Source: Alphaproteobacteria bacterium (lineage in GTDB: Bacteria; Pseudomonadota; Alphaproteobacteria; GM7ARS4; G965262615). From it: DNA of 64,000 nt. The translations under genes were made by a program, and so were the position numbers. The stretch lies in the NCBI GenBank assembly GCA_965262615.1, contig OZ253545.1, positions 1,344,001-1,408,000 on the forward strand, in the 5' to 3' direction. Below the pieces are notes generated by a model, which had not been told where the DNA came from, ran no database searches, and saw only the letters and a list, made by a program, of their open reading frames with translations. Each line of letters opens with the position of its first letter. Position 1 is the stretch's first letter. Positions 48,827 through 59,341 of the stretch are shown here, one piece after another.

Positions 48827-50125
48827 TTAGGTGTCATCGAACACCCGCGCCATAATATCATCTATATGGCGCAGGTAGAATGAGGGTTGCAGTTGTTTTT
48901 TGAGGTCAGAGGGCGAGCAGTGCGCGGTGATCTCTTTGTGGGCGAGAACGATGGCGGCAAAGTTGGTTTGGTTTTTGTGGGCATCAAAGGCGCATGATTG
49001 CACGAGGCGATAGGCTTGGTCGCGCTCCATTCCCGCCTCAGTGAGCATGAGCAGCACCACGCCCGATGCCCACAGTCCGTGTGATGCCTCCAGATTGCGC
49101 GCCATCGCCTCCTCGTTCACCTCCAATCCCGCCATGACGCCGTTGAGGCGATGGAGAGCGAAATCCAGCGTGATGGTGGCATCGGGGGCGATGACCCGTT
49201 CCACCGATGAGTGGGAGATATCCCGTTCGTGCCACAGGGCGATGTTTTCCAGCGCCGGAATGGCAAACGAGCGCACCAGACGCGCGAGTCCAGTGAGGTT
49301 TTCGGCAAGCACGGGATTGCGTTTGTGGGGCATGGCGGATGAGCCTTTTTGCTGTTTGCCAAATGGCTCCATGGCTTCCCCCACCTCGCTGCGCTGCCAA
49401 TGACGCACCTCCACCGCCAGTCGCTCCACCGATGAGGCGATGCCCGCCAGCACCGAGAAATAAAAGCCATGACGATCGCGCGCAATCACCTGAGTGGAAA
49501 TGGGCTCACATGCCATGTTCAGTTTTTTTGCCACATGAGCCTCCACCTGTGGCGGCAGATGGGCAAATGTCCCCATCGCGCCCGACAGAGCAATGTGAGC
49601 GATGTCTTTTTTTGCCTGCTCTAATCGTGTCTGCCAGCGTGAGAATTCGGCGTGAGCTTGAGCCATTTTGAAGCCAAAAGAAATGGGCTCGCCGTGAATG
49701 CCGTGGGAGCGTCCCATCATGAGGGTGTTTTTGTGGCTGCGAGCTTGTTTTTTGAGGGTGGCGCGCAGTGTTGTGAGGTCATTCAATAGGATATCGGTGG
49801 CGTTGCACAGCTGCACGGCAAACGCACTGTCTATGATGTCCGATGAGGTCAAGCCGCGATGCACATAGCGCGCCTCATCCCCCAGCGATTCCCCCACGCT
49901 GGTGAGAAAGGCGATGACATCATGATGCACCTCCGCTTCAATGGCTTTGATGCGCTCTTCATCAAAATGAGCGTTGGCGCGAATGCGCCGCGCGGCATCG
50001 TTTGGGATGAGCTGCAGTTCGGCTTGAGCTTCACACGCCAAAATCTCAATCTCCAGCCAGATGGCAAAGCGGCTGGCATCGCTCCAGATGGCGGTCATTT
50101 CCTTGCGGCTGTAACGCTCAATCAT
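48827..50125 (-). CDS. purB: Adenylosuccinate lyase
   Basis: MIERYSR, HDVIAF, GRSHGIH, GSSAMPHKRNP, WHERDISHSS. Confidence 0.97.
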   Translation of the reverse strand: MIERYSRKEMTAIWSDASRFAIWLEIEILACEAQAELQLIPNDAARRIRANAHFDEERIKAIEAEVHHDVIAFLTSVGESLGDEARYVHRGLTSSDIIDSAFAVQLCNATDILLNDLTTLRATLKKQARSHKNTLMMGRSHGIHGEPISFGFKMAQAHAEFSRWQTRLEQAKKDIAHIALSGAMGTFAHLPPQVEAHVAKKLNMACEPISTQVIARDRHGFYFSVLAGIASSVERLAVEVRHWQRSEVGEAMEPFGKQQKGSSAMPHKRNPVLAENLTGLARLVRSFAIPALENIALWHERDISHSSVERVIAPDATITLDFALHRLNGVMAGLEVNEEAMARNLEASHGLWASGVVLLMLTEAGMERDQAYRLVQSCAFDAHKNQTNFAAIVLAHKEITAHCSPSDLKKQLQPSFYLRHIDDIMARVFDDT

Positions 50126-50169
50126 GTAATGAGTCTTACATCATTGAGCTGGCGTGTGCTAGGGCGCGC

Positions 50170-52320
50170 TTAATAACGCAAGCGAGAAAAGGTGATGGCG
50201 GGAAGAGGTTGGTCTTTACAGATTTCTCGTAGGCGATGCTCTAGGTAATCGCGCGTGCCTCCTTTGTCTTTCATGTCGTAACCGAGAATGATGGTGCAGG
50301 GGCTTTTTGTTTTGCCGCCACTTTTGACCTTTTTTAGCAATCCCAAATTTGTTTCGTAGTAAAGACGCGGCGGCGCGTGGCGGTCATCTGCTTTGAGGCG
50401 GTGGTCACCAGGAACAAAATTGCGAATGATGCGATATTCCTTATCGTAGCGATAAAAATCATCTTTATAGAGATAAGGTAGCGAACCCAGCACCGCCAAA
50501 ACAATTTGGCTCACCACGCTTTTATATCGCTCATATTTTTCCTCAGCTTCTTTTTTTTCAATAAAATCTCGGATAGCTGCCAATTCGTCTTCCAACTTAC
50601 CGACCGTTGTCTCATACTTCTCTTTCTCTTCCTCTTCCTCATCTTTTTCATCTTTGTAAACAATTCTATAAACCGCCATCTTGGTATCATCATCTTTATT
50701 TTTTTCAGCCGAAATGAGGTCGGCTATTAACTCATCTCCTGCATGGGATTGTTGTATCTTCGTATCACCAAGATCTTCTGCTGGAATGTCAAGAGTGAGG
50801 CAGACACCTTGCCCTTTGTTGCCATGCAAATTCCACAAATTGAGATTATCTTCTTTGTCATTATCGCATAGGGATAAAATATAAGTAGAAACAAGAGGTC
50901 TGTGTGATGAGTGGATGCGGTCTCTCTCTTGAGCGAAATAATGTAAAGCGGTGTCGTCTTTTGCTTGCTTAAAAAAATAACTTCCCTCAGTGGGGTCATT
51001 GCAATAACGCACATTGTACATCCGCAGCAAGCTCTTATCCCCTCCTTTGTCTTCATCTTTATCCTTATCTTCCAGCATATTTTCCAAGTGCTTATATTTC
51101 GTGTAATGACACACTTTAAGGACATCTTGTCCATTGGCTTCTAATATACTTTTAACATTATGACGCTTTTGCAAAATCTCTAAAACTTTTTTGTTCAATT
51201 GATTCAAAAGGCTTTGCACTTTACCGCAATCATCTAGTGGTAAATTCTCTTTAAGAAAAGAGTCCAACACAAGATAACGAACGAAAGCTAGTTCAAAACC
51301 ATTACCATAAGCCTCGCGATACCATTTGAAAGATTCGTTAAAATCTTTATCAACACCTACACCATCTTGATACAGGTGTCCAAGAAAGAATTGAGAAGCG
51401 GCATGCCCCTGTTCAGCAGATTTTCGGTAAAGTTCCGCAGCCTTCTCTTCATTTTTTTCAACACCTAGACCGTGTAGGTGTAAGTATCCAAGAAAGTATT
51501 GAGCATGGTCATTTCCTTGGTTGGCAGCCTGGCGATAAAATTCCACAGCTTTTTCATAACTTTGCTCAACACCCCTGCCATGTTCGTACAAGAATCCAAG
51601 ATAGAATTGAGCGGGGGCATGCCCTTGGTCGGCAGCTTTTTGGTAAAATTCCGCAGCTTTTTCATAACTTTGCTCAACACCTATACCTTCGTGGTACAAG
51701 ACTCCAAGAGAGGCTTGAGCATGGGCATGCCCTTTGTCGGCAGCTTCTTGGTAAAGCTCCGCAGCTTTTTTGTCACTTTGCTCAACACCCATCCCTCGTT
51801 GGTACAAGATACCAAGACGGAATTGAGCATTGACATCCCCTTGTTCGGCAGCTTGGCGATAAAGTTGCACCGCTTTTTTATAATCTATGTCAACGCCTAG
51901 ACCTTGTTGGTAGAGGAAACCAAGAAAAGCTTGAGCATTGGCATGCCCTTTGTCGGCAGCTTCTTGGTAAAATTTTGCAGCTTTTTTGTAATTTTTCTCA
52001 ACAACCTTACCTTCTTGGCACAAGATACCAAGATAGAATTGAGCATTTGCATGACCTTGTTCAGCAGCTTGGTGATAAAGTTCCACAGCTTTTTTGTCAT
52101 TCTTCTCAACAACCCTACCTTCTTGGTAAAAAGATCCAAGACGGAATTGAGCATTGGCATTTCCTTGTGTAGCAGATTTTTCAAACCAAACAAGTGCTTG
52201 AGAATCATCGTGCGGAAAGCCCCCACTGCCCATTGCAAAACAAGAAGCCACCTCACACATCGCATTGGTGTCACCCGCCAGTGCTTGTTTGTAAATGTCG
52301 CTGTCTTTGTAATCCGCCAT
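50170..52320 (-). CDS. Sel1-repeat (9x) + DUF2971-like domain protein
   Basis: 36-aa repeats (AQFxLGxxYxxGxGVExxxxKA); C-terminal CHYT, CNDPTEG, YILSLC, NLW, GVCL, YK..Y.Y..E.R; AT-rich. Confidence 0.85.
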   Translation of the reverse strand: MADYKDSDIYKQALAGDTNAMCEVASCFAMGSGGFPHDDSQALVWFEKSATQGNANAQFRLGSFYQEGRVVEKNDKKAVELYHQAAEQGHANAQFYLGILCQEGKVVEKNYKKAAKFYQEAADKGHANAQAFLGFLYQQGLGVDIDYKKAVQLYRQAAEQGDVNAQFRLGILYQRGMGVEQSDKKAAELYQEAADKGHAHAQASLGVLYHEGIGVEQSYEKAAEFYQKAADQGHAPAQFYLGFLYEHGRGVEQSYEKAVEFYRQAANQGNDHAQYFLGYLHLHGLGVEKNEEKAAELYRKSAEQGHAASQFFLGHLYQDGVGVDKDFNESFKWYREAYGNGFELAFVRYLVLDSFLKENLPLDDCGKVQSLLNQLNKKVLEILQKRHNVKSILEANGQDVLKVCHYTKYKHLENMLEDKDKDEDKGGDKSLLRMYNVRYCNDPTEGSYFFKQAKDDTALHYFAQERDRIHSSHRPLVSTYILSLCDNDKEDNLNLWNLHGNKGQGVCLTLDIPAEDLGDTKIQQSHAGDELIADLISAEKNKDDDTKMAVYRIVYKDEKDEEEEEKEKYETTVGKLEDELAAIRDFIEKKEAEEKYERYKSVVSQIVLAVLGSLPYLYKDDFYRYDKEYRIIRNFVPGDHRLKADDRHAPPRLYYETNLGLLKKVKSGGKTKSPCTIILGYDMKDKGGTRDYLEHRLREICKDQPLPAITFSRLRY

Positions 52321-52325
52321 CTCAC

Positions 52326-53060
52326 TTAGTCCATGTATTGTCCGCCGTTGATTGCCATGGTCTCGCCGGTGATAAAAGATGCATGGTCGGATGCCAAAAA
52401 ACAGGTCGCCGCGGCGATCTCTTCCGCCAAGCCAAAGCGTCCCACGGGAATGCCGCTGCGGATGGCATCGCGCACCTTCTCGGGAACAGCCGCCACCATG
52501 TCGGTATCAATGTAACCGGGGGCGACCACATTCACCGTCACGCCCTTTGCCGCTCCCTCCAGTGCCAATGCCTTGGAAAACCCAATAATGCCCGCCTTTG
52601 AGGTGGCATAGTTCACCTGTCCAAACTGTCCTTTTTGTCCGTTGATGGAGCTCATGCTGATGATGCGTCCCCAGCCGCGCTCCCTCATGCCCGCAAAAAC
52701 CAAACTGCTCATGTGGAAGACAGAATCCAAATTGGCAGACAACACCTCACGCCACGCCTCAACGCTCATTTTATGAAACGCGCCGTCACGGGTAATGCCG
52801 GCATTGTTCACCAGCACATCAACCGCACCCAGTTCTTTTTCCACCTGAGCCACGCCGTGCTGGCAGGCATCATAATCAGAGACATCCCACTTCCACGCCT
52901 GAATTCCTGTCTCTTTGGTGAAGCCTCGCGCTCGCTCCTCATTGCCCACATAGGTCACACCCACCGTGTGACCCTCTTTTTGCAACGCCCGCGCCACCGC
53001 CGCGCCGATGCCGCGCGTGCCGCCCGTCACCAACGCCACTCTTGCCATCTCAGATGCCAT
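52326..53060 (-). CDS. phbB: Acetoacetyl-CoA reductase
   Basis: TGGTRGIG, NNAGITRD, SSINGQKGQFGQVNY; TGATG overlap with phbA. Confidence 0.93.
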   Translation of the reverse strand: MASEMARVALVTGGTRGIGAAVARALQKEGHTVGVTYVGNEERARGFTKETGIQAWKWDVSDYDACQHGVAQVEKELGAVDVLVNNAGITRDGAFHKMSVEAWREVLSANLDSVFHMSSLVFAGMRERGWGRIISMSSINGQKGQFGQVNYATSKAGIIGFSKALALEGAAKGVTVNVVAPGYIDTDMVAAVPEKVRDAIRSGIPVGRFGLAEEIAAATCFLASDHASFITGETMAINGGQYMD

Positions 53061-54235
53061 CACAGAGCCTCCACACACATGGCGATGCCCTGTCCGCCGC
53101 CAATGCACAAAGTGGCAAGCCCTTTAGAAGCCCCGCGTTTTTGCAACTCATGAATGAGGGTCACCAAAATGCGCGCCCCCGATGCACCAATGGGATGCCC
53201 CAACGCAATCGCCCCGCCATTGACATTGATTTTCTCCGAATCCCATCCCAAATCCTTTGTCACCGCACATGCTTGTGCCGCAAACGCCTCATTGGCTTCA
53301 ATCAAATCAAGGTCATCCATAGACCAGCCTGCAAGTTCCAACGCTTTGCGACTGGCGGTGATGGGTCCGCTTCCCATCAAAGCGGGTGACACCCCCACGG
53401 TCGCCCACGACACAATGCGCGCCAACGGCTGGCATTTTTGTCGCGTTGCACGCTCACCACTCATGACCACCACCGCCGCCGCGCCATCATTGATGCCAGA
53501 CGCATTGCCCGCCGTGACCGTCCCGTCCTTCTTAAAGGCGGGACGCAGTCTCTCCAGCTGCTCCAGCGTCACGCCATGACGAGGAAACTCATCATCGCTC
53601 ACCTCCACCGTCTCCTTGCGGTGGGTGACAGGAACAGGGATGATTTCATCCTTAAAGCGACCGCTTTTTTGCGCCTTTTCTGCTTTGCGTTGCGATGCCA
53701 AAGAGAGCTCATCTTGCTCCTTGCGGCTCACCTGCCATTTCTCGGCAACATTTTCGGCGGTGATGCCCATATGATAATCATTCATGGCGCACCAAATGCC
53801 GTCCTTGATCATGGTATCGGTGAAGCTCATGTCGCCCATTTTTTTGCCCTGACGCAACAACGCCGCATGGGGAGCAAGGCTCATGTTTTCTTGTCCGCCC
53901 GCCACGATGCAACAGCTGTCACCACAGCGAATAGATTGCGATGCCATCGCCACCGCCCGCAATCCCGAACCGCACACCTGATTGATGGTGACCGCCGTCT
54001 TATCCTCTGAGATGCCCGCCTTGAGAGCCGCCTGGCGAGCAGGATTTTGTCCGCAAGCAGCGGTGAGCACTTGTCCCATCAGCACCTCATCCACCTCGCC
54101 GCCATCAACAGATGACCGCTTCAATGATGACTCAATAACCAGTGCTCCCAAATCGCTCGCCGACACAGAGCTCAAAGCACCGCCCAGTGAGCCAATAGGC
54201 GTGCGCACCGCCGCGGTAATGACAATATCATTCAT
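53060..54235 (-). CDS. phbA: Acetyl-CoA C-acetyltransferase
   Basis: [31 protein letters not shown]. Confidence 0.95.
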   Translation of the reverse strand: MNDIVITAAVRTPIGSLGGALSSVSASDLGALVIESSLKRSSVDGGEVDEVLMGQVLTAACGQNPARQAALKAGISEDKTAVTINQVCGSGLRAVAMASQSIRCGDSCCIVAGGQENMSLAPHAALLRQGKKMGDMSFTDTMIKDGIWCAMNDYHMGITAENVAEKWQVSRKEQDELSLASQRKAEKAQKSGRFKDEIIPVPVTHRKETVEVSDDEFPRHGVTLEQLERLRPAFKKDGTVTAGNASGINDGAAAVVVMSGERATRQKCQPLARIVSWATVGVSPALMGSGPITASRKALELAGWSMDDLDLIEANEAFAAQACAVTKDLGWDSEKINVNGGAIALGHPIGASGARILVTLIHELQKRGASKGLATLCIGGGQGIAMCVEAL

Positions 54236-54280
54236 AACCTCACCTTATATCATATCCTATATCATATCCACTGTGTCATC

Positions 54281-54745
54281 TCAAGCACTGTCAAAAGCGG
54301 TGATGATTTTCTGCACGGCGGCATCATCGGCGGCATCTCGCAAACTGGCGCATCGCTCGCCATCACGAAAAAAGCGTGACACCAGCGACAGCGCATTCAA
54401 ATGATCCCCTCCCGCATCCACAGGAGCAATCAGTGCCATGACCAAATTCACATCCTCCCCATCGGCAGAGGCGAAATCCACAGCCTTTTCCAGCGTCACA
54501 AACGCCCCCATAATGCGGGTGATGCCTTCCAAGCGTCCGTGAGGAATGGCGATTCCTTTGCCCGTGCCAGTGCTGCCCAGTCGTTCGCGCTCAATCAACA
54601 CATCGAAAATGCGTCCATCGGAACAATCGGCATGAGGCGCAAGCAGGCGCGCCATCGTCTCCAGCAAGTCCTTTTTGCCTCCCACAGACACACGAGCCCG
54701 CACGCCATCCTTCACAATGATATCCGCCAAATCCATCGCCGTCAT
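54281..54745 (-). CDS. ptsN: PTS EIIA-Ntr
   Basis: ERERLGSTG, IAIPH, HLNALS. Confidence 0.9.
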   Translation of the reverse strand: MTAMDLADIIVKDGVRARVSVGGKKDLLETMARLLAPHADCSDGRIFDVLIERERLGSTGTGKGIAIPHGRLEGITRIMGAFVTLEKAVDFASADGEDVNLVMALIAPVDAGGDHLNALSLVSRFFRDGERCASLRDAADDAAVQKIITAFDSA

Positions 54746-54826
54746 TCTATAGACTCACCACCTAAGCCGCAAGGTTGATTGCCCACACATTGAGCAATAG
54801 TATGGGCAATAGTATTCCTCACTGTC

Positions 54827-55579
54827 ATGAGCACACCGTCTCGCAAAAAATCACCCAGAGTCGAATTGTGGCTCTATGGCATCCATAGCGTCACCGCCGC
54901 CTTGAGCAATGAGGCGCGCATCTGTGATCAATGCCTCATTCAAAAGGATCTCAAAGAACGCCATCAGCACATTCATCGCTTGGCACAAAAAAAATCATGC
55001 GACATCACATTCGTGCCTCGTCAGCAATTGACTCATTACCTTCCGCCGATGGCGGTGCATCAGGGAGTGGCATTGCGATGTCTGGCGTTGCGAGAGCATG
55101 ATGTGAATTCGTTCTTTTCTCATCATCCTCGCGCCCATCGTCTTGTCATGCTGGATCGCGTGACCGATCCTCACAATGTGGGGGCAATCATGCGTTCGGC
55201 ATATCTGTTTGGCTGGCATGGTCTTGTGTGCTGTCGCGCCGATGCCCCGCCGCAAAATGCCATTGTTGCCAAATCATCATCGGGCGCATTGGAACACATC
55301 CCCATCATGCGGGTGACCAAGCTGACCGACATCATCACCCAGCTCCAAAAACGGGATTTCTTTTGTCTCGCTCTGGATGGCAAAAGCCGCCAGCAGCTGC
55401 ATGATGTCCCCGTTCCCTCACACCTTGCCCTGTTGTTGGGAGCTGAGGGACGAGGAATTCATCCGCAGCTGCACAAGCTGTGTGATGCCGCCGCCGCCAT
55501 TGGCACACGCCATCCCACGATGGGACTCAATGTTTCTAATGCCGCCGCCATTGCCTTTTATCAATTGCAGAAAAAGTGA
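54827..55579 (+). CDS. rlmB: TrmH/RlmB family RNA methyltransferase
   Basis: YGIHSV, HQGV, LDRVTDPHNVGAIMRSA, GAEGRG, LNVSNA. Confidence 0.85.
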   Translation: MSTPSRKKSPRVELWLYGIHSVTAALSNEARICDQCLIQKDLKERHQHIHRLAQKKSCDITFVPRQQLTHYLPPMAVHQGVALRCLALREHDVNSFFSHHPRAHRLVMLDRVTDPHNVGAIMRSAYLFGWHGLVCCRADAPPQNAIVAKSSSGALEHIPIMRVTKLTDIITQLQKRDFFCLALDGKSRQQLHDVPVPSHLALLLGAEGRGIHPQLHKLCDAAAAIGTRHPTMGLNVSNAAAIAFYQLQKK

Positions 55580-55595
55580 TATAGCGTTATGAATT

Positions 55596-55669
55596 CGGAG
55601 TGTAGCTCAGCCTGGTAGAGCACTGCGTTCGGGACGCAGGGGTCGGAGGTTCGAATCCTCTCACTCCGA
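55596..55669 (+). tRNA. tRNA-Pro(CGG), CCA not encoded
   Basis: CGGAGTG/CACTCCG acceptor stem, anticodon loop TTCGGGA, GGTTCGAATCC T-arm. Confidence 0.95.
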
Positions 55670-55693
55670 CACAAAAACCATAGAGAAAACAAC

Positions 55694-57139
55694 ATGAACA
55701 CACATTCTTGGGACATTGTCATTGGATTAGAAGTGCATGCGCAGGTGACTCTTGCCTCTAAATTATTTTCGCCCTGCCGCATAGGTCGTGATGGGGTTGC
55801 CAATCGTCATGTTCATTTTGTGGATGCGGCGATGCCGGGCATGCTGCCCATTCTCAACAAGGATGCCATCACGCAAGCGGTGCGCACGGGACTGGCGTTG
55901 GATGCGGAGATCAATTTGTTTTCTCGCTTTGATCGCAAGCATTATTTTTACGCCGACCTGCCTCAGGGCTATCAAATCTCGCAGTATCATCATCCCATTG
56001 TGGGACGGGGCGCGTTGCCTTTTACCGCTGATGATGGCACAGAAAAAAGCCTTGCGGTGACTCGTCTGCATTTGGAACAAGACGCCGGCAAGAGCATTCA
56101 TGATGCCCATCCCTCCTATTCGCTGATTGACCTCAATCGCTCTGGCGTGACATTGATGGAGATTGTCTTTGAGCCGGAACTTCATTCGGCACAGGATGCG
56201 GGAGCGGCGATGCGAGCACTGCGAGCCTTGCTGCGCGCCATTGGCAGCTGTGATGGCAACATGGAGGAGGGCAATCTGCGGGCGGATGTCAATGTGTCGG
56301 TGCGCCGTTCGGGCGAGCCTTTGGGCACACGCACGGAGACCAAAAATCTCAATTCCATTCGTTTTATTCAACAAGCCATCACCTTTGAGGCAAATCGTCA
56401 GATTGAACTGCTGACCCGCGGCGAATCGGTGGTGCAACAGACGCGCCTGTTTGATTCCAAGAGCGGCGAAACATACGCCATGCGCAGCAAAGAAGAGGCT
56501 CATGACTATCGCTATTTTCCCGACCCCGACCTGCCGCCTTTGCACATCTCGGCTGACTGGGTGGCTGACATGAAGGCATCCTTGCCCGAATTGCCCCATC
56601 ACCGCCGAACGCGTTTTTGTCATGAATATCACCTCACCGCCGAGCAGGCGGCTCTGCTGGCGGATGACCCCGATATTGCTGATTATTTTGAGGCGGTGGC
56701 GAAAAATCACGAAAGCCACGATGTCGCCCGCTGGATGGTGGGCGATGTGTTTGCCTTTCTCAACAAAAATCATCTCACAATTCGCGACTGTCCCGTGACG
56801 CAAAACGATTTGAGCGATTTGCTTGATGAGATTAAAAACGGCACGCTGTCGCAGCGTCTTGCCAAAGAGGTGTTTCATGAGCTCACCCAAACGCCCAGCC
56901 ACACGGTGGCGGATATCATCAAAAGCCAGGGCATGGCGCAAATTTCCGATGATGACACCCTTGCCGCCATTATATCCGATGTGCTGGCGCAGCACGGCGA
57001 CAAGGTGGCGGATTATCAGGGCGGCAAGGACAAACTCTTTGGCTTTTTTGTGGGACAGGTCATGGCAGCCACCAAAGGACAAGCCAATCCGCAAAAGGTG
57101 GGCAATCTGCTGCGTGATGCACTGCAAAAGCCTTTATGA
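55694..57139 (+). CDS. gatB: Asp/Glu-tRNA amidotransferase subunit B
   Basis: IGLEVHAQ, DLPQGYQISQ, HLEQDAGK, YRYFPDPDL. Confidence 0.97.
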   Translation: MNTHSWDIVIGLEVHAQVTLASKLFSPCRIGRDGVANRHVHFVDAAMPGMLPILNKDAITQAVRTGLALDAEINLFSRFDRKHYFYADLPQGYQISQYHHPIVGRGALPFTADDGTEKSLAVTRLHLEQDAGKSIHDAHPSYSLIDLNRSGVTLMEIVFEPELHSAQDAGAAMRALRALLRAIGSCDGNMEEGNLRADVNVSVRRSGEPLGTRTETKNLNSIRFIQQAITFEANRQIELLTRGESVVQQTRLFDSKSGETYAMRSKEEAHDYRYFPDPDLPPLHISADWVADMKASLPELPHHRRTRFCHEYHLTAEQAALLADDPDIADYFEAVAKNHESHDVARWMVGDVFAFLNKNHLTIRDCPVTQNDLSDLLDEIKNGTLSQRLAKEVFHELTQTPSHTVADIIKSQGMAQISDDDTLAAIISDVLAQHGDKVADYQGGKDKLFGFFVGQVMAATKGQANPQKVGNLLRDALQKPL

Positions 57140-58169
57140 TTTTTATCTGCCCGATGACCGCATCGCACTGCGTCCCATGATGCCGCGCGACCGCGCCCGC
57201 CTGCTCACCATTGATCACGCCCATTGCCATCATGGCACAATGCGTCAGCTGGCGATGCGATTCAAACGCGGCGACCACATCGTGCTGAACGATACCCGCG
57301 TGCGCGCCGCGGCATTCACCGTGCATGGCACCGTGCGAGGACAATCAAGAGCGTTTTCGTGTCTGTTGCTGGGATGCAATGAGAATCAGCGCGATGTGTG
57401 GCGAGCATTGATGCGTCCGGCGCGCCATCTTAACGAAGGCATGGAGTTGTCTTTTGGCGATTCACTGACGGCGAATTTTGTCGGGCGCGATGAAACCAAT
57501 CATTGTTTGTTGCGGTTTGCCGATGCGACACATCTTGAAACACGACTGGAGCGGCTGGGTCACATGCCACTGCCGCCTTACATTGTGCGCCATCGCCATG
57601 CCGATGAGCGGGATCGCACCGATTATCAGACGCTGTTTGCTCGTCATGATGGCTCTGTTGCCGCGCCCACGGCGGGGCTGCACATCACGCCTGCTCTCAT
57701 TCGCAGCTGGCGGCGGCGGGGGGTGCGTGTGAGTTATGTGACGCTGCATGTGGGGGTGGGAACTTTCATGCCCATGCGCAATGACATTCATCAGCATCAT
57801 CTTCATGCTGAATGGGGTGAGGTGCGGACTTGCGTGGCGCGCGCCCTCAATGAGACGAGACGGCGCGGCGGGCGCATCATTGCCGTGGGCACGACCGCCC
57901 TGCGATTGCTGGAATCCGCCGCCGATGCAAGTGAACACATCCATCCTTTTTGCGGCAAAACATCACTCTTCATCAAACCCCATCATCGTTTTCGCAGCGC
58001 AAATTATTTATTGACCAATTTTCATCTGCCGTCATCATCGTTGTTTGTGTTGGTGTGTGCCTTTGCGGGAGCAGCCGCCATGCGGCGCGCCTATGCACTG
58101 GCAAAGGTGAATGGCTATCGTTTTTATTCCTATGGCGATGGATGTCTTTTGCAAAGACAGCAAACCTAA
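57117..58169 (+). CDS. queA: SAM:tRNA ribosyltransferase-isomerase
   Basis: YDFYLP, PLPPYI, AAPTAGLH, TNFHLP, YRFYSYGD; start at MHCKSL. Confidence 0.95.
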   Translation: MHCKSLYDFYLPDDRIALRPMMPRDRARLLTIDHAHCHHGTMRQLAMRFKRGDHIVLNDTRVRAAAFTVHGTVRGQSRAFSCLLLGCNENQRDVWRALMRPARHLNEGMELSFGDSLTANFVGRDETNHCLLRFADATHLETRLERLGHMPLPPYIVRHRHADERDRTDYQTLFARHDGSVAAPTAGLHITPALIRSWRRRGVRVSYVTLHVGVGTFMPMRNDIHQHHLHAEWGEVRTCVARALNETRRRGGRIIAVGTTALRLLESAADASEHIHPFCGKTSLFIKPHHRFRSANYLLTNFHLPSSSLFVLVCAFAGAAAMRRAYALAKVNGYRFYSYGDGCLLQRQQT

Positions 58170-58200
58170 TGCCTTGCGATAAGAAATATAACCCAATATA

Positions 58201-58872
58201 ATGTTGTTCATGACAGATATAAAAAAAGACATATCACCAAAATTTAGAGCAAAAGCATTTCAGTGTCCCCACTGTCATGCTTTCGCCCAACAAACATGGA
58301 AGAATATAATAGATGAAACTCGTCATAACACGCTAACGATGGAATATGGTAAAACAGTTCGCAGAATTTATGATTCAGCGGAATGTGTCGTATGTAAAAA
58401 ACTGTCCTTTTGGAAAAACAAAGAAATGATTTATCCTGCGACACCCAGCGCGCCCACCCCTACGGATGACATGCCACCAAGCGTCAAAAAGATTTATGAA
58501 GAGGCAAGACTTATTGAACCTCACTCAAAGCGAGCGGCGATGGTTCTTTTGCGAGTATGCCTAGAAAAATTGATGGCTCATTTACAAATGAAAGGAAAAA
58601 CGCTCAATGAAAAAATCAAGAACCTCGCAAAAAAAGGCGTGACAGAGGAAGCCATTCGTTGGCTGCTTGCCGTCAAGGTCATGGGCAATGAAGCCGCTCA
58701 CATCGGCAACATTGACCCAAACGATAAAGAAATCGTAGAAAAATTAAACAAAGTGTTCACCACCATTAATTTGATTGTGACAGTGACCATCACACTGAAA
58801 AACATGGCGGATGACCTCACCAAAAAACAACCCCAAAATAACAACCAGACAAAGCAAAAGAAAAATCCATAA
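58201..58872 (+). CDS. DUF4145 domain protein with N-terminal Cys motifs
   Basis: CPHC, CVVC, IYEEAR, LLRVCLEKL, GNEAAH (HEPN-like); AT-rich. Confidence 0.8.
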   Translation: MLFMTDIKKDISPKFRAKAFQCPHCHAFAQQTWKNIIDETRHNTLTMEYGKTVRRIYDSAECVVCKKLSFWKNKEMIYPATPSAPTPTDDMPPSVKKIYEEARLIEPHSKRAAMVLLRVCLEKLMAHLQMKGKTLNEKIKNLAKKGVTEEAIRWLLAVKVMGNEAAHIGNIDPNDKEIVEKLNKVFTTINLIVTVTITLKNMADDLTKKQPQNNNQTKQKKNP

Positions 58873-58928
58873 GTTAAGGCATCTTTGGATGGCTGTTTGC
58901 TGACACGACAAGACGCGTAATTAATTGC

Positions 58929-58956
58929 TTGATAAAATCTTTGAGAGTATTATAAA
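58929..58956 (+). promoter_or_regulatory. Putative sigma70 promoter
   Basis: TTGATA-N16-TATAAA followed by AGGAG. Confidence 0.4.
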
Positions 58957-58975
58957 CAAAGTAGGAGTTCGATGT

Positions 58976-59341
58976 ATGATTAGTGGCGTTGGTGTATTGG
59001 GTTGGCTTTTGGCTACGATTTTGGCATCCGTGATGGCTGTTCGCGGAACAGTGCATGTTGATGTCAATGAGTGGTTAAAGGGAAGAAGAAATAGAAAAAA
59101 AGAGCGTCTACAAAAACTCATACAAGAAACATGTCCTCATATACTTGTCGTAGACGGAAAGCCCACCTCCCAATTTTTCAAACAACCCGATTTGACATGG
59201 CGGTGCGATGGTTGTGGCACAGAGACGGATGATGAAGACTATATTCACCATGTTACTGAATATTGGATTAGCAATCCGAAAGGGTATGCAAAAGCCTTCG
59301 AAAAAAGAAACAAACTCATACGACAATATAACAGATTGTGA
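58976..59341 (+). CDS. Hypothetical membrane-anchored Cys/His protein, paralog 1
   Basis: AGGAG RBS; TM helix, RGTV, RRNRK, CPH, WRCDGC. Confidence 0.65.
   Translation: MISGVGVLGWLLATILASVMAVRGTVHVDVNEWLKGRRNRKKERLQKLIQETCPHILVVDGKPTSQFFKQPDLTWRCDGCGTETDDEDYIHHVTEYWISNPKGYAKAFEKRNKLIRQYNRL

Noticed and set aside
55596-55693. tRNA-Pro as an island attachment site
   Set aside because: No duplicated tRNA 3' end or integrase; gatB follows directly.
56823-57116. Long N-terminal extensions of queA (also hscB, fdx, cysE, lolA, ibpA) in the ORF track
   Set aside because: They overlap upstream genes or UTRs; family motifs begin at the downstream starts used here.
55763-57127. Long antisense ORFs opposite gatB (also opposite mtaB and iscS)
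   Set aside because: Typical stop-poor reverse frames of conserved genes.
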